A stretch of 64,000 bases of DNA from assembly GCA_015680685.1 (NCBI GenBank), contig MNCI01002465.1, forward strand, positions 237,268 through 301,267, given 5' to 3'. The DNA is from Gnetum montanum. Its lineage: Eukaryota > Plantae > Gnetophyta. Of the stretch, positions 38,886-51,571 are shown in pieces; position 1 is the first letter of the stretch, and every line of letters starts with the position of its first letter. Under the pieces are notes generated by a model. It searched no databases. It saw only the letters and a program-made list of their open reading frames with translations, and was not told the origin of the DNA. A program made the position numbers and the translations under genes.

Positions 38886-41800
38886 ATGGTACATGTGGTT
38901 GTAAAGGTTGCAAGGGTGTAGCATTGAAGGAGTAGGGGTGCACATTACTTGTGCAAACTCTCCCAAATCTTAGAAAGGTTAGGAAATGTATAAGGCCTAT
39001 TCTTCACAAGTTTGTATTCACCATCCCCTTCATTGATGATGTTGAAAGTAAGTTCATCCCATAACACATCCTATCACTCATCATTGTTATTCTTGGCTTG
39101 ATGCTCTTTCTTAGGTTGGTGGACTTCATGGCTGGGAGTTTCCTCCTCAAGCTCTACTTCAAACCCCTAATCTATATTCACATTGTTGATAGCCAGTAGA
39201 ACCATGTTATCACAGTGAATGATGATTTCACCTCCTTCATAAGGAAGGTGAATCTCTTGATGGATAGGTAAAGACATGGCTCATAATTAAGCCAACCAAG
39301 GTCTTCCCAAGATAAGGTTAAATATTTTCATCTCCTCCACCAATAAGAAATTGGCGATTGTGGAGATTTGTTCACCCACTACAAAGTTCAAGGAGAGAGA
39401 TCCCTTGATAGAAATCCTTGATCCATTGAAGGACTTGAGAGCAACTGTTGTTATAGGCTGTATCTACTTTGTTAAGCCTAAGCATTCAATGATGGTACAC
39501 AAGATGATGTTTGTTGCTGCTCCATCATCAACATGCACTTGATGCATCTTAAATTGCCCTACTTGAAACATGGTAAAAATAAGTCCGGATCACTTCACCA
39601 TTTTTGGGCCTGGCTTTAATTTTTCTATCTCAAAATACTAGCCATGTTGAATTCCATTCCCTGAGTGAAGAAGGAACCATTATCACATGAATAGATTCCT
39701 CATTAGTAGGGATGTCCTCACTAATGCTGATGGAAACCAACATTTTAACTAGTGTCTCACAATGTATGGCAGAAGTCATGATTAGGTCATACAAGCTTAG
39801 AGTTATGTTTGTTTGCTTGAGGGATTATTTTACTTGATCCATTGCAATGAGGAAGCTTTTCTTGTTCGCCATTAGCTTGTCATCCCGATTGTACTTTACT
39901 TCCTCTATGCATCCAAAAATATGAACTTCAATGTTAGGTTGTTGGGGTCTTTTCTCTTTTCTTTGATTTTGGATTTTGGGGTCCCATTGTGGTTTACTAG
40001 TTGAGGCAAGCTGGGTAAAGAAGGTCATTGATATATCTAATATGGAAGTAGGCTTTAGTGGATTCAATTCCTTTTGTACCTTACCTTTCTTATCAAACTT
40101 GTTATGCTTTTACTTATGCTTCTTCCTCTTCTTGGTTGAAACATTTTGGTTGTGAGAAATAGGTAGTAGCATTAGCTACCACACGAGGTCATTGTATGGT
40201 CACCTTAGTTAGTTGGGTTATGTTAGGCTAGGGTACCCTGATGATAAAAGACTTCCTTAGAGGTCCTCACAATGGCACTCTTATAATGAAAGGGGATCAT
40301 AAGCTAGAAGAAGCTAAAGAGGCCCTTTCATCATGAGGGAGGTACTTGGATCACAAACAGTTCCCTCACTTGTCTTTGATTTCAGTCAATGTTGAACATT
40401 GAAATAACAAAGGGGCTATTATTAGTATTCAATGGGTCCTTATGTACTTTAATTAACTAATTTTATGATCAGATTTGATTGGAAGCATCCAAGACTAGCT
40501 CTTCCATATCTATCATTTTTTGCAAGTCATCCTTCAATAAGAGGAAGAAGTTAGTGTCATGACTAGGTAGTTGGTGATAGTGGCAAAAGAGGTCAAGTTT
40601 AAAGTACCTAGGAAGTTAAGGATCATCCTTTGTTACTTGAGTGTGGTCTTTAGCTATTTCACATAGCTACTCATGCTTCTTTTAAGTATTTTTAGTCATT
40701 TGATTATATTTTATGCACCCACTCTTCAACAATCGATCTACTCAGATGGGTGCAAAGGTAAGATAGTGTACTTGCTTTGGTCCTTTTGCTTAAATTTTGG
40801 CCTAGTTGTAGTTGATGTAGTGGTTGTGGAAGTTGATGGTTAATTATCATAGTTATTAGTAGGGGTCTTCGGTGGCTTGATCCTTGGCACCTAGTTAGTG
40901 GTCTTGGCCTTGTTGGTTATTGTTACTATGGCCATGTTATTTTGCTTGTTCTTCTTCTTGTCCCTTTATATATGTTGTTTTTTGCATTCTGTCTAGGCTG
41001 GGTCAGGAATAGTCCCTATAGCATCCTCTATATTGTTAGTCTAGGAGAATTCTTGAATAAGTATTCATGGATTAAGGTATTAAATCTTGAACTTAATAAA
41101 GTCATTGAATATCTGTTTAAATATAGCTAAAAGATGTGTCTCAACTATGGGCTTTGGTATTTCGTTGAGTAGACCGTTCCATTGTTGGATGAACTTATAC
41201 ACTGGTTCTAGGGGTCCTTGCTTGACCTTCATCATTTGTTCAAACATGTTGTCATGCGTCAAGTTAAACTTGAAGTGGTTAACAAACTGGGCTATTAAGT
41301 CCTCAATAGAGTATATGGATCCTCTTGGTAAGGTGTGGTACCAATCAACCACTTTCCCAATCAAGGACATAGGGAAAATCCTCATGATAGTTTGAGGCCA
41401 TAGCTGCAATAGTAAGCACTTGGACCAAAAGATTATCAGGTGAGCAATGGGATCACCTTCTTTATTATACCTATTGAATTGAGGAATAGGGACACTAGGA
41501 GGAAATGTCAAGGGTGGAACCACAGGACTGATGGGATCATCCTAGTAAAAATCCATGATCTTAACACTTTGGGAAGTAGAGGCCTTAAGCCTCTTAAATT
41601 CATCAATTAGTGAAACATCGTGAAGATTTGTATGTTATAACCATTTTTCACCATGTAGCCTTCATCCCATGAAACCTGAGGAAAAACTTTGTTATAAATG
41701 TAAAGATTGTAATCCATGGGAGGCAATCTCACATACTTCATACTTTTGGGGTTGAAAAGTACTTCATAAGTGGTTAAAGTCTCATTTCCCAAGTGAAAAA

Positions 41801-43542
41801 AGTCACTTAGTATCTATATTTGGGCTTGGGGGANNNNNNNNNNNNNNGTGACAATTTTATGGGTTTTATGGGGGCTATACACTTTTCTATGCTAGAAATA
41901 TTTACAAGGGGTAAATCTCACCTACCCTAATGTGGAGAGACTACATGCACAACATGGAAACTCTCCCCCCTTAACATGGAAGTTTCCCTAGCATAGAGGC
42001 TTCACCCCCAATGTGGAAATTACATGCCCCTAGTGTGGAAGGCACAAAAGCCAAATTTCATCACTCCATGCATTCCAATGTTGATCAACCACTTCAACAA
42101 GCATGGCAAAAGGCTTAGCATCAAAGATTCATCTTCAGCATAGAAGGTGTGTCCTTGTTACTATTTATAGTAAACAAAATGACCATGGGGCTTTAGCACT
42201 TACTATATATGGTAACACCCAAAATTTGGATACCCATCTCACCTGTACAAGATAGAAATTTGGAGTCATTTGATAGCCAATTTGTAGCAATTTTGTAGCC
42301 AAAGTATAGCCATTGTATAGTACCATTCATGGCCTAAAACCTATAAAACCATAACCCAAATACCATTTATAGGTTGGAGGATTTTTTGTAGTTCCACACT
42401 TTTGCAATTACATACCTTTGGCATTGGTTCTAGACTCTTTGACAATTTGAGACTTTTGACATTTGCACACTTGGATATTTCTAAGCACTCAAGAGTCCTC
42501 ACAATCTCCCATGCTTGCATTCTCTTGAGCTCTAGCATGAAAGCATTGTAGCCTTTGCAACCCCCATTGAGACTTGTGGATTTTTTGTGTCAATGCTACA
42601 TTTCTAGGACTCCCAACCCCTAGTTTAGTGTAATCTAGTAGCTAAATTTCTCACTTTTCTCAGCCCTCAATAGTAACCCAAATTGCATATCTATAGTTTG
42701 TAGCAGAGGAGGTTTGAAAGCTTTAGGAGTGACTTAGTATCCAGATCATGAAGTAGATCACATCGGCTTCAATAGGATTTGAACTCTTACCCCAATGAAC
42801 CTTTCTTTGCTCTTTCATAGGCATTTCTTCTACACATTTCATAAACTTATTCTTTATTATTTAATAAATTTTTAATGTTCCATTTTGTGTGTAGTCTATA
42901 TTTACTTTCTGTTTCTATAGATCTGTAAGTTTTTGCATTATATTTTTTCAACTCTTTGTTTTGCATTTTGTAAGTTCTTAAGTGATCTGTTGGACCATCT
43001 AGAGCAACTTGAATCTCATTTTTTTGAAGGCCTTATGGATTCAGGGTTGAGGCTACTATGCTAAATTTATCAATTTTCCAATTGAAATAGTAAGGTCTTG
43101 AATCATCTAGAAGGTCTAATCCAAATCCTATAATGCCCCTATTGGCTGTGGTTGCACATATGGCTATGGTATTTTTTGTGAGGCTTGTGACCTCACTATT
43201 AGTTTTAAGACAGAAGGAAGTGGTTGCATCATGGTCATAGTTTGTTGGGCAAACAAAGAAAAAGATGTTTGTGTTGGTATCTATGGCACAAATAGGACAA
43301 AGGGATATGCAACCCTTGAGTTGCTTGGAGTCCCATGGTGGACCATACATGGGTGGTTAGCAGGTTTGCAATGGTGAAAACCACCATTGATGAGTGCACA
43401 AATTGAGGCTACGTGGAAAAGAAATCAATAGGCTATAAGTTGTTGGCTATGGCATCGAATGGATCTAATGCATTGCAATGATCGACATTGAATCAATTGT
43501 AGTAGGGTAGGAGGGGGTAGAAGATTGAGGTAATAGGTCCAT
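38886..43542 (-). pseudogene. gag: D gag-protease, interrupted by solo LTR E
   Basis: PQFNRYNKEGDPIAHL..RIFPMSLIGKVVDWYHTLPRGSI, FCHYHQLPSHDTN knuckle, VHVDDGAATNI and NLILGRPWL protease motifs. Start approximate. Confidence 0.88.
41611..43080 (+). mobile_element. E: solo LTR of the D family inserted antisense into D gag
   Basis: Reverse complement of the D LTRs; starts TGAAACA. Flanks attag/attga. Removing it restores the gag frame (QDLTI-S/P-IDEFKRLK). Contains a small N gap and lacks ~20 terminal bp. Confidence 0.85.
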
Positions 43543-43629
43543 GGAGAAAAAAAAGGTGTTAGAGGAAGACACTATAGCCTTAGGGGATTTTTATTGGAAT
43601 AACCATCCCAATATGTTTTTGGGCTTAAA

Positions 43630-44039
43630 TTATACCCTAAACTCAGCCTTCTCTTCTTGTCATTCCTTTGAGCTGTGCTTTTCATCCTCCTCTGCCATAT
43701 CAATTAATTAAGATAGGATTTTAGTATAGATATTGTTGAGGAATATTTGGTCATATGGGAAAGGGATATACTCCTTCCCATCATGGTGTATGAGCTCAAA
43801 CTCCCTTTTGGCTTATACTTCTAGACATGGAATTAGCATACCAACATACTTTTTGGCACAAATGTAGTTATAATGATCTTCATTTATGGCCAAAAAGTTA
43901 GGAAGTTTTACCCTAACCCTGAAAGACTACCTACACTTGATGATAGTAGGGTCTTTGAATCATAGACCCTCATGGCTTATTGACTAGACCCTTCATTAGT
44001 GAAGGTGAAAAGCAACTTGGTCAGTTGTAAGAAAGACAT
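43630..44039 (-). pseudogene. Possible extra ORF1 upstream of D gag (~135 codons, one frameshift)
   Basis: Mostly open frame KLPNFLAINEDHYNYICAKKYVGMLIPCLEV*AKREFELIHHDGKEYIPFPYDQIFLNNIY; position matches Ogre ORF1. Confidence 0.45.
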
Positions 44040-44763
44040 GACTATTTCATTGAAAATTGCTTGAAACTAACTATAAAGGTAAAGATAGGATCAAATTCCA
44101 ACAAGTGGAATCTAAAAAGGATCAAAAAAGAGAAAATGGCTTAAAATGAGATACTTACTATAAATAGTAAGTGGGGGTAAGGAAGGTGTACCCATTTACC
44201 AAAAATAGAAGGTTGAGAACATTGGCTCCAAGTCTTACCCATGGTACCCTCCTAGCAACCTCTATGCTTGGTATGGTAGGGGGGGAAAAAGGGAGTGATA
44301 TGGAGGAAATATCATACCTTCATATTCCAATGTTGATGAGGTGGGGTTCTGGAAACCAAAGTGGAAAGTTGATGCTTTTCAATAGAAATCAATTTTGGTA
44401 TGCTACCAATTTTCTCACTAGGAAGGATGGGAATTTAGTTGAGTTCTAGAAGTTTGATGGCTTCCAAAAGGATTACATCACCAACATTGAAAAATTGAAG
44501 AAAGAATTAGTAGCAAAAATTGGGGAGGAGGGGGGGAAGGGGAATGCTATCAATGCTAGCCTTGGGCTAAAAAATTCATAGGAAGTGCTGTAAAAAATTA
44601 AAATAGCCAAACACTTGCAACTTCCATTCTAAAGTTTCTATCATAGGGGGGAAGGGGCAGCATTGGTTTCCAAGGTTTTTTACTCCAAAAATAAAAGAAA
44701 AACATTCAAATGACAACATTGGTGATGAGGGAGATAGATTTTTATGAAGAAATCAAGTGGAGG

Positions 44764-44780
44764 CCCTCCTTCTATCACTA
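44764..44780 (-). promoter_or_regulatory. D primer-binding site, tRNA-Asn type
   Basis: Minus strand tagtgatagaaggaggg matches TGGCGCTAGAAGGAGGG (complement of the plant tRNA-Asn 3' end) at 14/17. Confidence 0.75.
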
Positions 44781-45526
44781 AGAAACTACTACAACTAGAA
44801 AAATCAATCATTGGAAAATCCAAAGGTCTAGTGGAGTAGCCTCAATCCTGAATCTCCAAGGACTCTAAGAAATGGAATTCAAGATGCCCTAGATGATTTT
44901 TTAGATCATCCAGAGACTTATAGAATGCAAAATGAACAATGTAAATAACAAGAATGTAGATATGAAAACCAAAAACAAACTATATTGCACACAAACTTAA
45001 ATTTTAAAACTTTATTTAAACAAATAAAGAATAAGTTCAAGAATGTGTTTGAGAGTTTTCCCTAAGAGAGAAAAAGAGGGTTCACTAGGGTAGGAGTTTA
45101 GAGCCCATTAAAGTTAATGTGATCCACTCTATGATCTGGGTACTGAACCATTCTTAATACTTATGAACATCTTTTGTTGCAAACTTTAGATTTGTAACTT
45201 TGGTCACTATTGGGGGATGAGAAGACTAGGGGATTTGGCTACAAAAATGCTCCACACTAGGAGTTGGGGATCCAAGAAATATAGTGTTGAAACCAAAAAC
45301 CCACAAGTCTTAGAGGGGGTAACTAAAGGGGTAATAGGGCTATAGGGGTTCCATGTTGAGAGGCTCCAAGAAGCTACATTTTTGCAAGGTTGTAAGAGCT
45401 CTTAGAAGCCAAAAGTTCTATGTACTCAAAATATTAAAGTATAAAACCTTGAAAGGAAGTTGGTATTTTCATTTTATAGGTTTTGGACCATGATTTTTGT
45501 CACAAATTAGCTAATAGATGGGCTGT

Positions 45527-46471
45527 TGATGAGTGGCGAGATACCCCTACACTCAACCATACGAAATGAGCGTAGCATGCACAATTCGGTCGAACTTTGT
45601 AGATGGACTAGTTGTGGCACCTAGACAGTTATCCTTAGGTCGCAGTTCACTGTCTTCCCACTTGGACTAGTATTATATTTGTCATGTATGGTTTATTCTA
45701 GAGTGAGGTGTATGATGTGTTCCTAATTCTAACACTACTCCTGAAGGTAGTGGAAAATAATATTAACTAAGCTAAGCTAGGAGGAAAAGGGTAAGAAAAT
45801 CTAATCTAGCCTAAGTGTGTCGAGCAACTGATTCCTTAATCAACCGTACACATCTTGGACCTCATGCATGACTACCACTAGGATTACCAAGGTTAGATCC
45901 TAGGTACGCCACTGGGATTACTATGTGCAGATCCCAGATACACCACTGGGTTACGAAGCATAGATCCTAGATATGCCACTAGGCTACCAAGTAGTCACAC
46001 TTAAATGCTCGTAACCAAGTTGTACTCGTTCCGCGTTCTAGGAGTTTAAGGGTGAGAGAGATAAAATAGTAAATAACATTAAATAAATAAACAAATAACA
46101 AAGTGAATGCTACAATGATGAAGTAATCTCGATCTTTATTGCCGGTCATGTGCGTGTCCAAGTACGTCACACTCAAATAGAGACACCGTACAATTGCATT
46201 TGCCACACTACGGGCATACATGAAAAAATAATCTAACTATGGAGGGACCAAACTGCCAAAGCTTTGCTACTTCTAATTCCCAATACCTAAAACTGGGAAA
46301 GCCGTCTCTTATTTATAGAAATTGTGGTGCACCGCGATATTGCGTACGCGATATCATGTACATGATATCGAGGCTACGATATCATGGCCATTGTGATATC
46401 TTAGCTACTGATACAACAGGGTTGATATATCATGGTTGCAATATCACAGCCAGCAAATTCATGACTCATCA
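45527..46471 (-). repeat. B 3' LTR (3.5 copies of a 33-34 bp repeat; CGATATCG cluster)
   Basis: Direct comparison with 50561-51571. Confidence 0.95.
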
Positions 46472-46640
46472 TATCCCCATGACTGAATGAAAACTTGTCC
46501 TCGAGTTACAGAGAGAACAAGCTCCATGGATTACACAAGGGATAGGTATGCGATTATTGACTGACTAGAATGGATTCATGCCATAGTGTGGAGTGAGACA
46601 CAACACAAAAGAAAATATTATGAATACAAAATGGTGGAAC

Positions 46641-47238
46641 TCATGTAGTTCCTAGTGGCAGTGGCTCCTCCATAGGTGTCTTTCCCTTTTCTTGCACTCC
46701 AGGCTTTGAAGCTTGATGGTGTTGAAGTACGGCCTGGAGTTTCTCCTCTTGTAAGGCCTTGAGTGCCTTGGCGTGCGTGTAAGTTTGCAATTGTGCCATA
46801 GAGGCAGCCTAGTTAGCCTTCTCTTTTTCTTTCACCACCCCTTTTATTCTCCATCAATAGTTTATTAAGTTGCTTGATTCTGAAAGTGTCCAACTAGTTT
46901 TGAGCAACTTTTGGTCCTGTATTCGGAAGGTTTAATACATCCAAAATGGCTTGAACAGAGAAATCAATAGTCACACCACAAATGTTAACCATGGTGCCTT
47001 CTGATTTATTGTGTCAAAATTGGTATGTTTCCCTTGAGTACCAGGCATCACTTTTAGAGAGGATATCTCCTGCTTCTACCTACCCAGACCGTACGGTAGG
47101 AGGATCTTCTTGATGAATGCTGAATGATTGTTCCTCCTGTTTTGCATGTTATTTGGTAGGATCTTATCTTCCACCTCTCTGAAATCGTTCAATCACACCT
47201 TAAGCAGGACCTTCCTATTTTCTGCGTTTCGGGGCCAT
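46641..47238 (-). pseudogene. Short env-like ORF of B
   Basis: ttgcAG|ATG MAPKRRK..., MVNICGVTIDFSVQAILDVLNLPNTG motif, then a coiled-coil-like tail; several stops and one frameshift. Confidence 0.6.
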
Positions 47239-48799
47239 CTGCAATCACACGGGACCAATTGTTAATAAGGTTGTTACCAAAGTTAGGTTATACCTTATTG
47301 CTTGCCTTAATAGATTCACTTTATTTTCGTGTGATGTTAATTATTGGAAGAACATGTCCTCGAAATAGTATAATGTTGAGTCCTCTTTGCTTAGGTGGTT
47401 TTCAAATTTAATTTTATGGTATAGCTAAGAGGATGAAATTATTTTTGACACATTTTCAACTGGTTCTAAAGGTACAAAAATTATGATAGTGTGCAATTTA
47501 TCAATAAGGACCACATATGATAGAGAAAAAGGCTATGTGATGATTCATAGGAACATTGAATCAGAGGGATAGTAATAAGGGAAAGGATATCCTGAACAAT
47601 ATGCTGAGGGTAAGAAATTATGTGTTTAAGTTAGAGAATTAGTGAAGATTATAATAAAACTACACAAGTGGGTCCTCCCCAAAGCAGGTTTCAACCTATA
47701 ATGCCCTTGTGTAACCACACTTAAAGTGTCTGTGGGAACTAGAGGGGTTAAATGTAATGTGCACTAACTCCACAAAACACACACATGTAAATATCACCAT
47801 AATGAGATGAAAATTCTATGTTATATGGGTCACGAGCTACAATTACACAAACAGTGAGATCAGATGAAGTATAGAAAGGGATCATAGAGATTGGGAAATG
47901 AGGTAACTGACTCAAGGCACAATGAATCCTACGTGTAAAGCATGATTAAGGTGTCATTAACCCATCATTCCAAGATCAGGACCGAGTCCATCCTTCTAAC
48001 AGTGACATCGCATTGTTTCATCCCATGATGAACAACTATGAGAGTATCATAACAACAAAGCGTACAATCACTTGGCATTTAGTTCAAGGAAGGAGTGATT
48101 TTTATTTTATGGCACTTTGTTTTCTTCTTTTTCTCTTGTTTTTTTTTTCACTTTACTGAATGCAGAGAAGTTTTCAACCTTCAGGCATGGGTGCATGTCT
48201 TTCCACTGGGATCCCCAAGAATAGCGTTTGATTTTCAAGTGCCCTTTTGATTATTCTTACTCCCATTTTTCATTAGATCTACAAGGATCTTAGTATGACC
48301 ATGTTGCATAACAACTTCCACAGTTGTTACCAAAGAGAATCCACAAGTCCCCTTGATGTCACATCCTAATCATTCCCTCTTGGTCCATCCTTCTTCATTC
48401 TGGGTACAATGAACAAAAAATTAATTTNTGGAAGTGAATTCCTTTATGGCTATTTTGGCCATAGACAACATGTCCGTATCACCTTGGAGACCAACCACAT
48501 TGATTAAAAATCTACGTCACAAAAACATAAAACAAAAAGTTGAAAAATGAAAAACTGAAAAACAAAAAGTTGAAAAATTAAAGAAAATGAAAAATATTTA
48601 TTAATCCTGCTTGTCATTGAAATAGGGGATATCCCCCATAACTAAATGGTTGAGTATGGCAAGGATTAATAAATGGGACATAAGGATCCTTGCATATTGG
48701 AAGTGTTGAAATCAGTCCATACTTATCTCCTTAGATTTCACACACTTCATAATAAGCATAGTGGGACACTTCATATGATGTAGTTCCCAAATAACGAGT

Positions 48800-50415
48800 T
48801 TACCCACTATGATGTTGGTGATCGTTAGATGGTATGCAAGGATTAGGATGATTCCTCCCATGGTTGTGTTCATTAGGCCGTATGGTTGTTGGAGTGTAAG
48901 TTGGTGGCCCTGATGAAGTTACATGAGGTGCTGGGTCCAAAGGTAAGGGTGCACCACAGTGTGGGACTTGTGCTAGGTTGGAAGATGCAGTGGCCTTAGA
49001 GTTATGTTGTCCCTTCCTACGACCGTGTTTAAAGAAAGGACGCTTTTGATGTTGAGGAGGCTTCTCATTGCTGTTAGTAGTAGTAGCACAAGTGTTGTTC
49101 GTGGGTTGTTGCTGTGGCACAAACAACTTAGGAATGGTTGGTGGCACTGTGGAAGGAGGGAAAGGATAAGAATGTTGAAAGTTAGGAGGAGTATAAGATG
49201 CATAAGGTGGTGGTTGTGCTGGAGGTATGGGTTGATAGTATTGTGGTGAGATAGAGTATGGTGGCCTGAATGGAGAAATAGGATGTTGAACGTGATAAGC
49301 ATTTGAATTCAGAAAATATGAAGGGTTCCTCCAGTCTAAGGGTGGTCTCCCCCACGACTGGGATTGTTGCCATTGTGACCAAACACAATAACTCTGTACA
49401 AACTCTAGATGTAGCGTATTTCCCCAATGCTCATGTATATGTAACAATATTGGGCATTGGCCCTTGGGGTGATCGTACAAGCATATGTTGCATTCGTACA
49501 TAGGGTTGGCAGTTGAGCACTTATTTTCTTTATTCTTTTTTTCTGAATGTCTACTATTTCGTCCTATTTCTTGAGTGGTCAAAACTCTATCCCCAATGGT
49601 GTTGATAAATTCTCCACTCTTTTGATACATCCATTCCAACATCTTATTGATCTTTGCCTCGACTTCTTCTAACGATTGTTGTATTTGCAAAGATGATGTT
49701 TCCACCTTGAGATTTGTTGATTTCTCCTTTTTATGATCATGGACCTTTGTTGAGTTAATATTTGGGTCCCGTTGATGTTTTTCAACACTCTCCCATCTAG
49801 NNNNNNNNNGACAGTTGTTTAATAGTGCATAATATCTTTCTAAGGCCATGTCCAAGGGTTCATGTTGTGCTTGTTTCCATCCTTGGATTTGTTTCCTCAA
49901 GGCTGACACTCTTGCGTAGGTTTGATATTTTTCACTAAAGACTTCTACCATTGTTGACCAACATCGTATCAAATTTGGTTTTAATGATCTATACCATACT
50001 TTTGCTTGGTCAACGAGTGTTATAGAAAAGAGCTTAACTTTTTTCCATCCGTTATCAATGTTATTCCATGTGCATGCATCGTAGAAGGCTTGTAAATGTT
50101 GATGCGGATCTAAGTCATAGCCTCCTGAAAATGTAGGAAAGTTGTTTAAATCGAGCCTGGGTAGTTGGCTCTCTTTACGATGCCTACGTGAGATTTGAAT
50201 GGCCTCTTGTAATTGTGTTAGGCTTGTAGTGGCCAGTGGGGGTTCATCTGGTAAGTTATGTTTTTGTGTGTTGCGATGACGTTGTTTTCATTCATTATTA
50301 TAAGAAATCCCCCCTCAAATTGCATACTCCAATCTTCATCATCATATGGTTCGTTGGTTCTCCAATGAGCCTCCCCACTAAGTGTGGCATTATTATTATC
50401 TTGTAGGATAGGCAT
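48800..50415 (-). pseudogene. gag: B gag (Athila-type) with a long P/Q-rich C-terminus
   Basis: FPTFSG..DPHQHLQAF..KLFSITLVDQAKVWYRSL..IRCW; CNICLYDHPKGQCP knuckle. One G-run frameshift and one TGA near 50290-50310; N gap at 49801. Confidence 0.9.
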
Positions 50416-50541
50416 TATTGTGAAACTGTGTGTGAATTCGTATGTGACTTTTTATAATTATTTCTTCTTTTTAAGAGATATATCGTTAAGTCTTTATATA
50501 GCGACCTTGTATGATATAACTAATCTAGATAACTAGCACCA

Positions 50542-50559
50542 TCCCCGACAACGACACCC
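50542..50559 (-). promoter_or_regulatory. B primer-binding site, tRNA-Asp (Athila type)
   Basis: Minus strand gggtgtcgttgtcgggga resembles TGGCGCCGTTGCCGGGGA. Confidence 0.85.
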
Positions 50560-50560
50560 A

Positions 50561-51571
50561 TCATGAGTGGCGAGATACCCCTACACTCAACCATATGAAA
50601 TGAGTGTAGCACGCGCAATCCGGTCGAACTCCACAAATGGACTAGTTTTGGCACCTAGACAGTTATCCTTAGGTCACAGTTCGCTGTCTTTCCACCTGGA
50701 CTAGTATTATATTTGTCACGTATGGTTTAGTCCAGAGTGAGGTGTATGATGTGTTCCTAATTCTAACACTACTCCTGAAGGTAGTGGAAAATAATATTAA
50801 CTAAGCTAAGCTAGGAGGAAAAGGATAAGAAAATCTAATCTAGCCTAAGTGCGATGAGCAACTGATTCCTTAATCAACCGTATACATCTTGGACCTCATG
50901 CATGACTACCACTAGGATTACCAAGCGTAGACACTAGGTACACCACTAGGATTACCAAGCATAGATCCTAGGTACGCCACGAGGATTACCAAGCGTAGAT
51001 CCTAGATACGCCACTAGGTTACCAAGCGTAGATCCTAGATACGCCACTGGGCTACCAAGTAGTTACACTTAAATGCTCGTAACCAAGTCGTACTCGTTCC
51101 GTGTTCTAGGAGTTTAAGGGTGAGAGAGAGAAAATAGTAAATAACATTAAATAAATAAATAAATAACAAAGTGAATGCTACAATGATGAAGTAATCTTGA
51201 TCTTTATTGCCAGTCATGTGCGTGTCCAAGTATGTCACACTCGAATAGAGACACTGTACAATTACATTCACCACACTACGGGCAGACATAGAAAAATAAT
51301 CTAACTCTAGAGGGATCAAACTACCAGAGCTTTGCTACTTCTAACTCCTATTACCTAAAATTGGGAAAGCTGCCTCTTATTTATAGAAATTGCGGTGCAC
51401 TGCGATATCGTGTATGCGATACGCAGGGAAGACGTGATATCGCGTACGCGATATCACGTATGCGATATTGTGGCTGCGATATCACGGCCGCTATGATATC
51501 TTAGCTACTAATACAATAGGGCTGATATATCATGGCTGCGATATCATAGCCAGCAAATTCATGACTCATCA
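50561..51571 (-). repeat. B 5' LTR (4.5 copies of the 33-34 bp repeat; 28 bp perfect palindrome)
   Basis: 66 bp longer than the 3' LTR through repeat-unit differences. Confidence 0.95.

Larger units (their letters stand above)
29284..39021 (-). other. Putative ~9.7 kb Ogre-type intron between PR and RT
   Basis: gag-pro ends in a stop at ~38886. Candidate donor G|GTGAAT at 39021 and acceptor tttattcacttttacccAG at 29285-29284, both phase 1. Ogre elements are known to splice a PR-RT spacer. Confidence 0.55.
45527..51571 (-). mobile_element. B: young pol-less Athila derivative (gag plus short env-like ORF)
   Basis: Perfect TSD GCTGT. Very similar CpG-rich LTRs 45527-46471 and 50561-51571 (TGATGAG..CTCATCA; the 5' LTR begins tcatgag on plus). 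Asp-type PBS; no pol in the 4.1 kb interior. Confidence 0.93.

Noticed and set aside
48800-49972. 390 aa proline-rich ORF as a host extensin-like gene
   Set aside because: Its frame carries retrotransposon gag motifs and a zinc knuckle, between B's LTRs; overlapping ORFs are shadows.
45871-51060. 33-34 bp repeats in the B LTRs (and the 29 bp array at 25525-25735) as CRISPR-like arrays
   Set aside because: Head-to-tail units with no unique spacers, inside plant retroelements, and no cas genes.
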